This document shows positions 29,040 to 38,366 of a DNA stretch of 56,294 nucleotides, one piece after another. This DNA comes from a virus (Duplodnaviria > Caudoviricetes). The translations under genes and the position numbers were made by a program. Position 1 is the first letter of the stretch. Each line of letters opens with the position of its first letter. The stretch spans positions 1 through 56,294 of the IMG/VR virus record IMGVR_UViG_3300014903_000004. One strand, 5' to 3'. The notes under the pieces are model-generated. The model was not told the DNA's origin, made no database searches, and was given only the letters and a program-made list of their open reading frames with translations.

Positions 29040-29509
29040 TATACTTCGCTCTCAACCTCGTTTCTCATTAGTTTGATAAAGTTCTTTTTAACGCTATCAT
29101 GCGCCAATGTTAATAAGGGACGCTCGGCTATTTTTCCTGTCCCGGCTCTCTTTGATCCGTCTGGAGTTGCAGACTGTTGGAGGTATTTAGCATAATCAGC
29201 CTCAGCTCCAAACTTAAACATCGAAAGACCATGTACACGGAATTTCACCGAGTTCCGTAATTTACCGCTCTGATTAGCCGGATATGCTCCGGCCCGTGAC
29301 GCTCTTGTTTTCCCAACACCTTTATAGTAGTAAACTTTCCCTGTTTTAGGCGATTGTGATATCCCCACCATACAGGCAATTACTAATTGCTTCCCTATCG
29401 ACTTACTACCGTTTAAAATTCCAGTTCTTTCATTTATACCGGATAGTTCACGCCACATACTGTGTGGTATATTCCCGTTTATAATCTTGAATGAACGTCT
29501 TACAGTCAT
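29039..29509 (-). CDS. HK97 gp10-like tail completion protein
   Basis: ASRAGAYPANQSGKLRNSV, YAKYL, ERPLL. Confidence 0.75.
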   Translation of the reverse strand: MTVRRSFKIINGNIPHSMWRELSGINERTGILNGSKSIGKQLVIACMVGISQSPKTGKVYYYKGVGKTRASRAGAYPANQSGKLRNSVKFRVHGLSMFKFGAEADYAKYLQQSATPDGSKRAGTGKIAERPLLTLAHDSVKKNFIKLMRNEVESEV

Positions 29510-29913
29510 TACTTCCTCAAAGAGGTTAAATTATCATCTCCTGTTGAATCAGTCTCATCTCCCAACTCAATGCAAGTGACTTCAATAAACCGGTTATCTT
29601 CGTTTAGGTTTTCAAATCGGTCTATCTCAAAAAACTTATTATTTAACTTTGCGATCATCTTCTTTTCGAATGAATACCCGTCATGCGTTCTCATTACCGT
29701 TGTATCTGGCCCACGGTTTGTATTTGTGCCGTCAAACTTCTGAACACCTCGCCTTGTTTCAACTGAGCAAAACGCCTTAAACTTTGGCTTCAATTCTGTG
29801 CTGAATGATTTAATGCTTGGCACTGTCTCGCGGTCAAAGAACTCCACGTATTTATCCATAGACCCGGCGCAAACACGACCAGCTTTCTTTTTTATGAAGC
29901 CACAGTTTGCCAT
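29509..29913 (-). CDS. Head closure protein (SPP1 gp16-like)
   Basis: AGSMDKYVEF, FEIDRFENLNEDNRFIEVTCIE; synteny. Confidence 0.75.
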   Translation of the reverse strand: MANCGFIKKKAGRVCAGSMDKYVEFFDRETVPSIKSFSTELKPKFKAFCSVETRRGVQKFDGTNTNRGPDTTVMRTHDGYSFEKKMIAKLNNKFFEIDRFENLNEDNRFIEVTCIELGDETDSTGDDNLTSLRK

Positions 29914-29992
29914 TAAATCCCCTTCTCTTTTGCGTCACTGAGATCACGAACCTTGCACCCTTTTTCCTGTTCTTCTTTTCTTGGAATATGCA

Positions 29993-30178
29993 TTATTTAG
30001 AATCCTTTTTCTTGCTGACTTTTTCAGCTTTAACTTCAACTGTATCAACAGTGACATATTCTTTCTCAACCTGAATGAAACCATACGCAACCATAATTTT
30101 CACCTGATCTTCAGTGAACTTGTCCGCCGGTATCGGCTGGCCTTTCTTGAATCCTTTAAAATTTCTCTTGGCTTTCAT
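29993..30178 (-). CDS. Small hypothetical protein
   Basis: ORF coupled to neighbours in the head-tail region. Confidence 0.55.
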   Translation of the reverse strand: MKAKRNFKGFKKGQPIPADKFTEDQVKIMVAYGFIQVEKEYVTVDTVEVKAEKVSKKKDSK

Positions 30179-30813
30179 AGTGCAATCTCCTCAATTTTAT
30201 AACTCACAAAGGCATCGTAAGCCCCGCTTTGTCTTGCAATGTCAATCGTTCCGGAACATCCGCAGTCGCCCCGGTTCGCGTCCATAAAGCAAACCATCAT
30301 TAGTATTGCCTGCTGTATATCTGCCGGAACTTCTGTTCTGTCCTGTGCGTACCCTGCGATAAAGTCAATAACAATCTGCTGCGGCCTGTTATTCTTTAGT
30401 TCCGGATAATCAAAGTCTTCATCAAAACGAACCAGGCTATAAGCCGGATCCCTTTGGATATAATAATCTCCGGTATCAACCGTTTGCTCTACTGAGTCCG
30501 CGTCAAAATATTTAACACTCTCAATAGAAACAAGCGGCGACTTGCGAAGTTCAAAACAATTCTGCCAGCAATCACGAAATGTTTTAAACGCCGTCTTCAT
30601 AAGAGTTCGGCGAGAAACATCTTCAAACGCCTTCGTTGCTGTTTTAATAGCCTGTGACATCCACGCGTCTTGCTCTGTGTTAGTGCCACCCACAAGAAAA
30701 TCCTTGTGACAATTAATCCACGCTTCATCAAGTGAAATTGCGAGATTAAGATTCGGCGTTACAACCTCGTAAATATTCTGAGTCGTGCAGCAATTGTTTT
30801 GATGTCTTCGCAT
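30175..30813 (-). CDS. Head-tail adaptor (HK97 gp6/SPP1 gp15-like)
   Basis: ISLDEA, PLVSIESVKY, FIAGY...VPADIQQAILMMV. Confidence 0.85.
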   Translation of the reverse strand: MRRHQNNCCTTQNIYEVVTPNLNLAISLDEAWINCHKDFLVGGTNTEQDAWMSQAIKTATKAFEDVSRRTLMKTAFKTFRDCWQNCFELRKSPLVSIESVKYFDADSVEQTVDTGDYYIQRDPAYSLVRFDEDFDYPELKNNRPQQIVIDFIAGYAQDRTEVPADIQQAILMMVCFMDANRGDCGCSGTIDIARQSGAYDAFVSYKIEEIAL

Positions 30814-31094
30814 TATTTCTTCTTGTCAGCCTTTTTCTTTTCAGTCTTTGGAGCTTCTTCTTTTTTTACTTCCGGCTCAACAATCTTTGTCTCTTCCGGC
30901 TTGATTTCAGCGTCTTTGATTGGCTCAGTCTTCGCCGCAGCTTCTGACTTGACTTCTACCTTTACAGCTTTTTCGCCGTGTATGATACTTTTACCAACAG
31001 CGTCAGAAACATCATACTCTTTACCCGCTTCAAATGTTTCAACTTTGTCAATCTCAGTGCGGTAATCAAGATTTTTTGTAATTTTGATTCTCAT
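30813..31094 (-). CDS. Hypothetical Lys/Glu-rich head-region protein
   Basis: GGAGG SD; typical small post-capsid gene. Confidence 0.65.
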   Translation of the reverse strand: MRIKITKNLDYRTEIDKVETFEAGKEYDVSDAVGKSIIHGEKAVKVEVKSEAAAKTEPIKDAEIKPEETKIVEPEVKKEEAPKTEKKKADKKK

Positions 31095-31111
31095 CTTTCA
31101 TTCCTCCAAAT

Positions 31112-31137
31112 AAAAGCGGGGCTTTTACACCCCGCTA
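31112..31137 (-). terminator. Intrinsic terminator
   Basis: AGCGGGG/CCCCGCT stem then TTTATTT on the minus strand. Confidence 0.65.
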
Positions 31138-31141
31138 AGAA

Positions 31142-31540
31142 TTATACTTCTATTGTCTCAACAGCGTTACCAAGAACAACTGTTGCTTGTAGAGTTGCCC
31201 CTACAGAAGCTCCAACTGTTTGGAATACAGGTCGAACATATCGAAGTGTTCTTACAAACCCAATGTCTTGGATCCCAACAGCTCCAAGAGCGGTTTGGTC
31301 TGCTCCAATCAAGCGAGCGGCTGGAATTGCAACGGCTCCAGACATCCCTGAATCATCAGACTCAAGAATTTCTTTTACGTTGATATCTCCAACTGTCCAA
31401 GCTGTAACGTCAGTAGAAACCATACCAGACTCAAAGTCTTTGGTATCAATGATTTTACCGTTGATATCTTCTGCTCCTGTTGAAGCAACAGATGTCAGGC
31501 CGCTGAATGTTTTTGCGTGATGAATTAAATCGTGATGCAT
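31142..31540 (-). CDS. Capsid decoration/cement protein
   Basis: IIDTKDFES...ESDDSG...LRYVR pattern; directly after the capsid gene. Confidence 0.7.
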   Translation of the reverse strand: MHHDLIHHAKTFSGLTSVASTGAEDINGKIIDTKDFESGMVSTDVTAWTVGDINVKEILESDDSGMSGAVAIPAARLIGADQTALGAVGIQDIGFVRTLRYVRPVFQTVGASVGATLQATVVLGNAVETIEV

Positions 31541-31555
31541 TTTACAATCTCCTTA

Positions 31556-31584
31556 AATTAAAGAGGGGCTAACCAAAGCCCCTC
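31556..31584 (-). terminator. Hairpin/terminator after the major capsid gene
   Basis: GAGGGGCT/AGCCCCTC stem then TTTAATTT. Confidence 0.6.
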
Positions 31585-31592
31585 ATGATTTG

Positions 31593-32882
31593 TTACGACT
31601 TGATCTTAAGAATCTTAAGAGCGTCACCCATGCGAAGCTTACCATCATTACGACGACGTAGGCGATAAGTGATATTCTGACCACTTGTCTTGTCATCCAT
31701 GATAAGCGAGAATCCTACACGCTGAACGTAGCGGTAAGCCTGTTGGAAGTCACCAAACACAACAGCTTTGTTTCCGCCTGTTGATGTGTTCTGTAGACCA
31801 GAATCAAACACAACCTCTTTACCCATGATGAACATGCCTGCGCCGTCACCTGAGAAGAAATTGATCTGGTTCATGATACTAAACTGTCCAGCTCCGTCTT
31901 TATCAGAAAGAAGGTCGAAGAAAGTACCACGGTTCATAGCAAGTTTTGCATTGTTATGATAAGGCCCGATAAGTGCCTTTGGAAGCAATGTGATTACATC
32001 TTCCCATCCGATTGCAGTTGAGTTTGTAGACTCGATCTGCTCAATCTTGTTCCAGTCTTTACCGTCTTCATAAGTCAACATACCTTTTGGACGGTTTACG
32101 CCGTCACCAAGAAGGATCTGCGCTGCAGTCTGGCGGTTAGCACCTTCACGGGCTTTACCGATGATATCAGTCTCAACATTGATAAGCGCGTCTTCAAGCT
32201 CTGAACGAGAAACGATAAACTTATAGATTTGCTCAGTAGCATTCCAGTTTACCTGCTTGTAGTTCGGCTCATGCTCTTCAGGGTCAGTGTTTGCAAGCTC
32301 ATTCAGGTATTCCCATGAATCGTAGTCTGCGTAGTCAATTGACTGGTGAAGCGTTCCAGTTGCAGTGTTCTTCACGTCAACAAGACCAAGAATTCCTTGG
32401 ATTTCAAACTTCTTGTTGATTAGCTCCTGGTCATACTCTGGAGCAACAAGATATCCACCCTGTGGGTCGATGATTGTGTTAACAACAGATTTTTGCTCAT
32501 CTGTAAGCATTGTGAACCCAACTTCACGACCCTTAGTGATAAGAACGTCGAAAGCTTGCTTTGCAAGTTCAACATCATTTCCAGTAACCTCACGGCGACC
32601 TTCTTGTTTAGCAATTGCATTGAATCGCTTGACGTTGTCAGGTGAAAGACCTTTCTCATCTGAAACAGTCGGCTTACGAAGCATGAACTTCTCACACTCT
32701 GCAAGTTTGCTTTTCAGATCAGTAATTGCCGTTTCATGCTCTTGGCGTTTTTCAGCACCAACCTTGTTTTCGTCCTTCATGCTTTTTACATCATCAGCTG
32801 TAGTATTACCAATCTCAACAACACTCGCAAGAGTTTGCTGGAATCCGTCAACTGCTTTCTTGAACTCTACCATGTTTTCCAT
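31593..32882 (-). CDS. HK97-family major capsid protein
   Basis: Coiled-coil delta domain, QGGYLVAPE, GDGVNRPKGML, VFGDFQQAY. Confidence 0.95.
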   Translation of the reverse strand: MENMVEFKKAVDGFQQTLASVVEIGNTTADDVKSMKDENKVGAEKRQEHETAITDLKSKLAECEKFMLRKPTVSDEKGLSPDNVKRFNAIAKQEGRREVTGNDVELAKQAFDVLITKGREVGFTMLTDEQKSVVNTIIDPQGGYLVAPEYDQELINKKFEIQGILGLVDVKNTATGTLHQSIDYADYDSWEYLNELANTDPEEHEPNYKQVNWNATEQIYKFIVSRSELEDALINVETDIIGKAREGANRQTAAQILLGDGVNRPKGMLTYEDGKDWNKIEQIESTNSTAIGWEDVITLLPKALIGPYHNNAKLAMNRGTFFDLLSDKDGAGQFSIMNQINFFSGDGAGMFIMGKEVVFDSGLQNTSTGGNKAVVFGDFQQAYRYVQRVGFSLIMDDKTSGQNITYRLRRRNDGKLRMGDALKILKIKS

Positions 32883-32884
32883 GA

Positions 32885-33682
32885 TTAGCTCTCCTTTTGG
32901 TTAGTTAAATCTTTACAGATTGTAGTTAAATCATTAAAACCTTTTGTCAGATCAGCAAGTCCGGCATCGCGCTCGGCTTGTTCCGCTTCTTCAGCTGCTT
33001 TCTGCTCGGCATCACGCGCGGCGGTCTTCAGCTCGGAAATTTTACTTACAATAGATTTTGATTCATTAGCACTGAATCCGCCCCTTTCTTTAAGGAGGGT
33101 TTCAACACCGGATAAATCTTTGATTTCTTCGATCATTTTCTTTACCTCATCTTTATTATGTTTTACTTCTGTGATATCTGCTTCTGTGTTGCATGGAAAG
33201 GTAACTAGTGATATTTCCATTAGGTCAGCCTCTTTAATAAAGCGGATCCACATATTTGTTTCAGAGTCCTTTTCGTCGGTGGCCTCAACAATATTAAAAC
33301 CGATTGACATCTTGCGGACAGATCCGACTTTCATTTGTGGCTTCACGCGGCCCGAAACAAATGTATCTTCGAGAGGTAGAATTCCATGAACAAATAAACC
33401 TTTACTGTCTTCGAACATGTCAACAACAGGAAGCACTCCGATAGGTGTGTGTGTGTCGTGCTGCCAAAGTGCGGGAAAGTCTTCGTTTCGTGATTTGTGA
33501 ATATTAATTGAATTAACAAATGCGCCTTTTACTACAACGTCGTTTGCCTTGTCGATATTACCGAATGTGGAAGCGTAGCCTTTAAAGTGAAAAAATTCGT
33601 CGCCTGTCTCATCGTTTTTAATCACTTCTGATTTGGTTATCTCGAATGGCACAACGATTGAACAAAAGTTCTTCTTTTCCAT
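32885..33682 (-). CDS. HK97-family prohead protease
   Basis: FKGYASTFGNID, LWQHD, MSIGF, LMEISLVTFPCN. Confidence 0.95.
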   Translation of the reverse strand: MEKKNFCSIVVPFEITKSEVIKNDETGDEFFHFKGYASTFGNIDKANDVVVKGAFVNSINIHKSRNEDFPALWQHDTHTPIGVLPVVDMFEDSKGLFVHGILPLEDTFVSGRVKPQMKVGSVRKMSIGFNIVEATDEKDSETNMWIRFIKEADLMEISLVTFPCNTEADITEVKHNKDEVKKMIEEIKDLSGVETLLKERGGFSANESKSIVSKISELKTAARDAEQKAAEEAEQAERDAGLADLTKGFNDLTTICKDLTNQKES

Positions 33683-33755
33683 ATTAAAGCTCCATGAATT
33701 TATTAATCATTACAAAATTTACCATTTTTATTCAGATAAAAAATTGCAAACAAGC

Positions 33756-33784
33756 TTGAAGTGTATAGCTGATACATCTAAAGT
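33756..33784 (+). promoter_or_regulatory. Sigma70 promoter with a TGTAT-N5-ATACA palindrome in the spacer
   Basis: TTGAAG-N17-TAAAGT upstream of an HTH gene. Confidence 0.55.
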
Positions 33785-33816
33785 ATTTCTCATACTAATT
33801 TAAAACCGAGGATATT

Positions 33817-34056
33817 ATGATTGTATGCAATTCGATTAAAGAGGTAATGACAAAGCACAAAATGAGGCCAAAGGAGTTTTCTGAGGCCACAGGAATGAAG
33901 TATGGAACCTGTCAACAAATCCACAAAGGGCAGAAATCACCACAGTTTGACGTGTTTTCAGTCTGGCTTGACCTTGGGTTGTCGCACGGCAAGACTATTG
34001 ATGAGTTGAAGAAAGAGCTTAAGGAGGTGAAGAGTGAAAGAAACAAATCTTTTTGA
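33817..34056 (+). CDS. XRE-family HTH regulator
   Basis: PKEFSEATGMKYGTCQQIHKGQKSP. Confidence 0.7.
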   Translation: MIVCNSIKEVMTKHKMRPKEFSEATGMKYGTCQQIHKGQKSPQFDVFSVWLDLGLSHGKTIDELKKELKEVKSERNKSF

Positions 34057-34137
34057 TAGCGTTAATGTATTCATAGTGGCTCTTGCTTGCGTTGGAATTG
34101 TGAAAACAGTTACGAACCTAGTCATGGAGATAGCCAA

Positions 34138-34593
34138 ATGAACAACATCCTAGAAAGAATGCTTGAAGAGCAAATGGAAGCGCATATGCACAAAGGCATT
34201 CAGGAAATGGACAGGGCACAAACTGAAGCGCGTAGGCCGACGAGTGAGCCACCGGAGCCACGAGATAGACCAACACCTAAATCACTTAAGCAAACACGAA
34301 AGGAATTAGAAGATAAATACGGACCCAAAAGTGCAGGGTACACACATCTCCCACAAATCAACGTCGACACGCCAATGCCGGAGTGTAAGGAGCCGCTTAC
34401 TGATTACGAGAAGGCAAAACAAAAACGCCAAATCAAAATCGAGATATCAATTAAGTCAGGTATAATCAACCATGAAGTAAACTGGACTTTAGAAAAGAAC
34501 GAAAACATTGAATTGCTTAAGTCGATTTCTTCTGGTGAGGCTGAATTTTTCATAAATCAGTATAGAGCTTTGGGAGGGGATAATAATGAATGA
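34138..34593 (+). CDS. Hypothetical protein
   Basis: GGAG SD before ATG 34138. Confidence 0.6.
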   Translation: MNNILERMLEEQMEAHMHKGIQEMDRAQTEARRPTSEPPEPRDRPTPKSLKQTRKELEDKYGPKSAGYTHLPQINVDTPMPECKEPLTDYEKAKQKRQIKIEISIKSGIINHEVNWTLEKNENIELLKSISSGEAEFFINQYRALGGDNNE

Positions 34594-34882
34594 AGTGGGC
34601 TATTGCGATGATTGTCATATGGAATATGACTTAGATGAATACAACGAATGCCCCGGTTGTGAAGATAGGGTTGTTGGTGATCTGGAACAAGAAAACGATT
34701 TTCTGTATCATATGGTTTTAGATATGTGGTCATTGATGTATCACACAAAGAGGCAAGGATTAGGAAAAGAATACAAAGAAAAGTGTATGGAATCAAGAAA
34801 TAAACATAACGAAAACTGGATTAAGTTTACAGAAATAAAGGTAAGAAGAGATAAGGAGGCAAACGATAATGACAACACGTAA
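34586..34882 (+). CDS. Hypothetical zinc-ribbon protein
   Basis: CDDC...CPGC. Confidence 0.6.
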   Translation: MNEVGYCDDCHMEYDLDEYNECPGCEDRVVGDLEQENDFLYHMVLDMWSLMYHTKRQGLGKEYKEKCMESRNKHNENWIKFTEIKVRRDKEANDNDNT

Positions 34883-35336
34883 AGATAAATGCAGATGCTG
34901 CGGGCATGTGAGAGAAATAGAGGTTATCAACGCGCACCTTGAGCCTAGAGGTGTTCTTGTTTATGTTGATGAAGATAACATACAAATAAGTGGCAATTCT
35001 ACACCTGACAACTTGGAGATAAAAGTCCAAGCAGTAAGCGAGCTAACAGAAGAGGAAAAGGCAGCTCGGGTTGCGCCGACGATAACTGTATGTGATGCAT
35101 TTCTCGAAGAAGGTGAGGTGATTGGCAAGACATTACATGAGTATGTGAATGAAGGTGCAAGCAGCGCCCTCGAAAAGCTCTATAGGCCGGACTGGCTCAC
35201 ACCAAACTTCATGGGGTTAAAGCTCGACGAACAACTCAGCTCACGCGCTTTGATGGCCGTGATTCAGCAGTTGTCAATGATGGCGGAGTATGAAAAGATG
35301 TTTCAAACATGTGGTGGTGATAATGAAAATGCATAA
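34869..35336 (+). CDS. Hypothetical protein
   Basis: AGGAGG SD; coupled ORF. Confidence 0.6.
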   Translation: MTTRKDKCRCCGHVREIEVINAHLEPRGVLVYVDEDNIQISGNSTPDNLEIKVQAVSELTEEEKAARVAPTITVCDAFLEEGEVIGKTLHEYVNEGASSALEKLYRPDWLTPNFMGLKLDEQLSSRALMAVIQQLSMMAEYEKMFQTCGGDNENA

Positions 35337-35577
35337 ACAATTATTTTACTTCAGCCTGATAGCGCTAGTAGCATCAGTTATCACCGGTATAACCGACTTA
35401 AATATCATGTCTGTCATTCTTGTAACCGGATCAATGGTCATCAAGGGGGTTAGGGAAGAGTTGAAAAATCAAAACAACCCCGATAAAAGAGATAGTAGTT
35501 TGAACTGCGAATTTGTGATTAAAGAGAAACCACATACTGGTGGAATAACGAGTGACAAAACAGGAGCACCGAAATGA
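35290..35577 (+). CDS. Hypothetical membrane protein (start probably 35323)
   Basis: Two hydrophobic segments. Confidence 0.5.
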   Translation: MKRCFKHVVVIMKMHKQLFYFSLIALVASVITGITDLNIMSVILVTGSMVIKGVREELKNQNNPDKRDSSLNCEFVIKEKPHTGGITSDKTGAPK

Positions 35578-35939
35578 GTCTAACACCACCACTCCCGAGA
35601 CTTGTAGAAAGAGGCCATGTACATTGTAACCAATACGACGGATGTCTTATAGTCGGAGCTAAAAAATGTATCTATGATCGTCACCCAGTGCCGCCGCCGA
35701 TAAAAACTATTAACGAGGATAAAAACATAAGCCGTAAATTTCAATCAGAACATCACCGTAAGAGGTGGGAGAAGGAACTCGGAATTGAAAGCAAGACATA
35801 CCACAGCGCAAATACTATAAGCGACTATCAATTGCAGTTTGAGAGACGATTGACATGGGGAGAGTTTTTATTTAAGTGGCTATTCTTGGCTGCAATAATT
35901 CTCTTTGCTATTTACGCTGTTGAATGGCTAGGGATTTAG
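35574..35939 (+). CDS. Hypothetical protein with C-terminal TM helix
   Basis: AGGAG SD; hydrophobic C-terminus. Confidence 0.55.
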   Translation: MSLTPPLPRLVERGHVHCNQYDGCLIVGAKKCIYDRHPVPPPIKTINEDKNISRKFQSEHHRKRWEKELGIESKTYHSANTISDYQLQFERRLTWGEFLFKWLFLAAIILFAIYAVEWLGI

Positions 35940-35953
35940 TATATATTAAACAA

Positions 35954-36036
35954 GTCGCCACTACCGACAAATATAAAAAACTATTTTGAAAACCCCTTAT
36001 CGGATGCGTAGTGGCTCTGGTTTGGGGTTTTTTATT
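35954..36036 (+). promoter_or_regulatory. Two-hairpin kissing-loop terminator/attenuator B
   Basis: GTCG-CCACTAC-CGAC loop complementary to GTAGTGG (36008-36014) in the terminator apex; AACCCC/GGGGTT-TTTT. Confidence 0.65.
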
Positions 36037-36048
36037 GGAGAAGAAAGT

Positions 36049-36663
36049 ATGCAAGAGTTATCAACAATCAATTTTCACGGTGACGAGATCCAGGCAGTAC
36101 AAAAAGATGGTCAACTATTTATTGCGATGAAGGAACTTTGTGAGTCAATAGGTGTTAATTGGAAAGGACAATTAAAAAGAATAAAACGCGATGAAGTGCT
36201 TAATTCAGTTGGTGCCATTATGACGGCAACTGGTTCCGATGGCAAAAACTATGAAATGATGTTTTTACCACATGATATGATAAGTGGCTGGCTTTTTGGT
36301 TTATCTTTAAATTCATATACTGGAGAGAAACGCGATAAGATAAAGAAATACAAACTGGAATGTTACCAAGTCTTAAACGATTACTTCAATAAAGGTGGTG
36401 CAATCAACCCAAATGCAAACGACGAACAGCTTGCAGAACTAAAAGGAATGGTAAACAATCTCGAAACAGCCTGCATCCAGCGAGACGGCGTTATTGCATT
36501 CATGTCGAACACAATGGCCCCTGTTGCGCCAAAAGGTACAGTCTCGGAAGTCAACGGCAAAGAGCGCGAGTATTTAGTGCACTCGTATTTCAGGAGCGAC
36601 AAAGGCCACCTTGTTGACGATAGGCAGATTGATATGTTTTCTAAAACAGGAGCGCCGGAATAA
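36049..36663 (+). CDS. Phage antirepressor (P22 Ant N-terminal domain)
   Basis: INFHGDEI, IAMKELCESIGVNWKGQLKRIKRD, GWLFGL, YKLECYQVLNDYF. Confidence 0.85.
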   Translation: MQELSTINFHGDEIQAVQKDGQLFIAMKELCESIGVNWKGQLKRIKRDEVLNSVGAIMTATGSDGKNYEMMFLPHDMISGWLFGLSLNSYTGEKRDKIKKYKLECYQVLNDYFNKGGAINPNANDEQLAELKGMVNNLETACIQRDGVIAFMSNTMAPVAPKGTVSEVNGKEREYLVHSYFRSDKGHLVDDRQIDMFSKTGAPE

Positions 36664-37091
36664 TGCCACACAACAAACTAGTCCAGACCGCGGCGAAGTG
36701 GCTCAGGAAACACTCACAAAACGCTGTGATACCGAATTGCAACATTATATCCGATGATATCAAATCAGCAACGAAGACCGGGGAAATCCCGGATGTTATC
36801 GGTTGGTGTAGCTGGTGCTCGATCCTCATTGAGGTAAAGGTAAGCCGGGCCGATTACTTCGCTGATCGCAAAAAAGAGTTCCGCACCGTCGTAGAAAAAG
36901 GCATGGGTGAGTTCAGATATTATATCTGCCCTAAAGGAATGATTGAAGAGACTGAAGTTCCGGTGCAGTGGGGATTGCTCTACTGTAACGATGACGGGAA
37001 TATTGAGATTGTTCGTGAGGCCATTAAACAGGAATCAAACTTAGATGCAGAGAGAACGTTGTTGTTGTCGCTTATGAGGAGGGGTAAATAA
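36663..37091 (+). CDS. PD-(D/E)XK nuclease-like protein (MmcB-like)
   Basis: GEIPDVIGW...LIEVKVSRADYFAD...WGLL. Confidence 0.75.
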   Translation: MPHNKLVQTAAKWLRKHSQNAVIPNCNIISDDIKSATKTGEIPDVIGWCSWCSILIEVKVSRADYFADRKKEFRTVVEKGMGEFRYYICPKGMIEETEVPVQWGLLYCNDDGNIEIVREAIKQESNLDAERTLLLSLMRRGK

Positions 37092-37408
37092 TGCCAGATA
37101 AACCAAGCGATAAATTCATAAGGCACCTATTAAGTGAGTTCTGCAACTTCTTACCAGAGCTAATGAAAGAGGTGAGAGAAGCAAAATGCAAGACTAAGTA
37201 TTATTCAACGCAACTTGATATGGGTGATTACATAGTAGAAATTGTTTATAATGTTAAAAAAATACAATGCGAATGCATAAAGTTTTCTATTTCAGACGGA
37301 GATAATATTGATTACTGGTTGATAAATCCATATACAAAAGAATTGAGATTATTGAATAGACAAGAAACACCGACACCCTGCCACATTCGCCGCAGTAGCC
37401 CCGAGTGA
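37091..37408 (+). CDS. Hypothetical protein
   Basis: Coupled ORF; 3' end overlaps the convergent head gene by 60 bp. Confidence 0.5.
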   Translation: MPDKPSDKFIRHLLSEFCNFLPELMKEVREAKCKTKYYSTQLDMGDYIVEIVYNVKKIQCECIKFSISDGDNIDYWLINPYTKELRLLNRQETPTPCHIRRSSPE

Positions 37409-38203
37409 ATAATCTCTCGGTTTCATTAACAACTGTCCCATAACCATGAAAGGCTGTTTTAATCTACGCCGTTGACCTGCTGCTATTACATGAGCGGGAC
37501 GAACCTTACCGTCACCGACATTGTGCCAGATCTTCTCAAGGAACAAGACAGCGGCTAAGGGTGTCGCGCTCAACTCGTTCTCAAAAGCCCCCCCTTCAGA
37601 TAACTGTGCATCTCCCGCCGCCGTTCCAACTTCATGCTCGCCTATCTGCGCCGACCGATTCCTATTCTCATCAATCAGCGGCTTTCGAGTGCGCTTTGCA
37701 ATATCCTGATTACTCAATAATCCTTCTTCGGCTTCGAGCCCGGCAATGATCGTCGCATTTACGCGCTTATTAATAATGTCGCTCGTTGTATTCAGAATAA
37801 AAGTGGCCTGTTTCGGCGGCATATCTTTTAAATAACGGCTGATCCATAAAATAAGCGCTGGCTCAATCTTGGCCCTGAGTTCAAGCATTAATTCGTAATG
37901 TGTGCGGTCTTCTTCCGTCTCTGCGTCATCAAGTGATTGCTCCAAGGATCTTTTGAAGTCGTTCCGGAACCACTGAATAGTCTTGCGGTAAGTCTCGCGC
38001 AATATGCCTTCGAGTTCAGCCCTGTAGTTCTCAACGTCTACCGAGTCCCCGGTTGCCGCGAACACCGCCGCCCAGTCATTGCCGAGCTGAGTCCAGAACC
38101 GGTTCAGCCTGGTAACCATCTGATTTTCTATGGTTGATTTCTTTTTATCGTTGATTGACCCCTTAGAATCGATCTCTTCTTTGCTCAAATTCAAGACTGC
38201 CAT
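37349..38203 (-). CDS. Head morphogenesis protein (Mu gpF/SPP1 gp7-like)
   Basis: KIWHNVGDGKVRPAH...GQ...PF...P.D...AANVAGCRC. Confidence 0.85.
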   Translation of the reverse strand: MAVLNLSKEEIDSKGSINDKKKSTIENQMVTRLNRFWTQLGNDWAAVFAATGDSVDVENYRAELEGILRETYRKTIQWFRNDFKRSLEQSLDDAETEEDRTHYELMLELRAKIEPALILWISRYLKDMPPKQATFILNTTSDIINKRVNATIIAGLEAEEGLLSNQDIAKRTRKPLIDENRNRSAQIGEHEVGTAAGDAQLSEGGAFENELSATPLAAVLFLEKIWHNVGDGKVRPAHVIAAGQRRRLKQPFMVMGQLLMKPRDYSLGATAANVAGCRCFLSIQ

Positions 38204-38361
38204 TAGTATACAAAGCTCATTTTAGTTGCGGTTTGCTTGACTTCTTTGTGAGCTGAGAATAGCATCGAAGGATTGATTGACTCGTTGTGTCTCACTCTAT
38301 CAAGAGTCTCTGAGCGTGCTTTAAGGTCAGCCGCTTTGCGCTCTTTATGTCCTTTACCCAT
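38203..38361 (-). CDS. 52-aa hypothetical protein
   Basis: Fills the portal-gpF gap; TAATG coupling. Confidence 0.45.
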   Translation of the reverse strand: MGKGHKERKAADLKARSETLDRVRHNESINPSMLFSAHKEVKQTATKMSFVY

Positions 38362-38366
38362 TTTGA

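Noticed and set aside
11766-33389. Numerous plus-strand ORFs opposite the structural genes (for example 23348-23971, 30978-31520, 32365-32904)
   Set aside because: Antisense shadows of well-supported minus-strand genes
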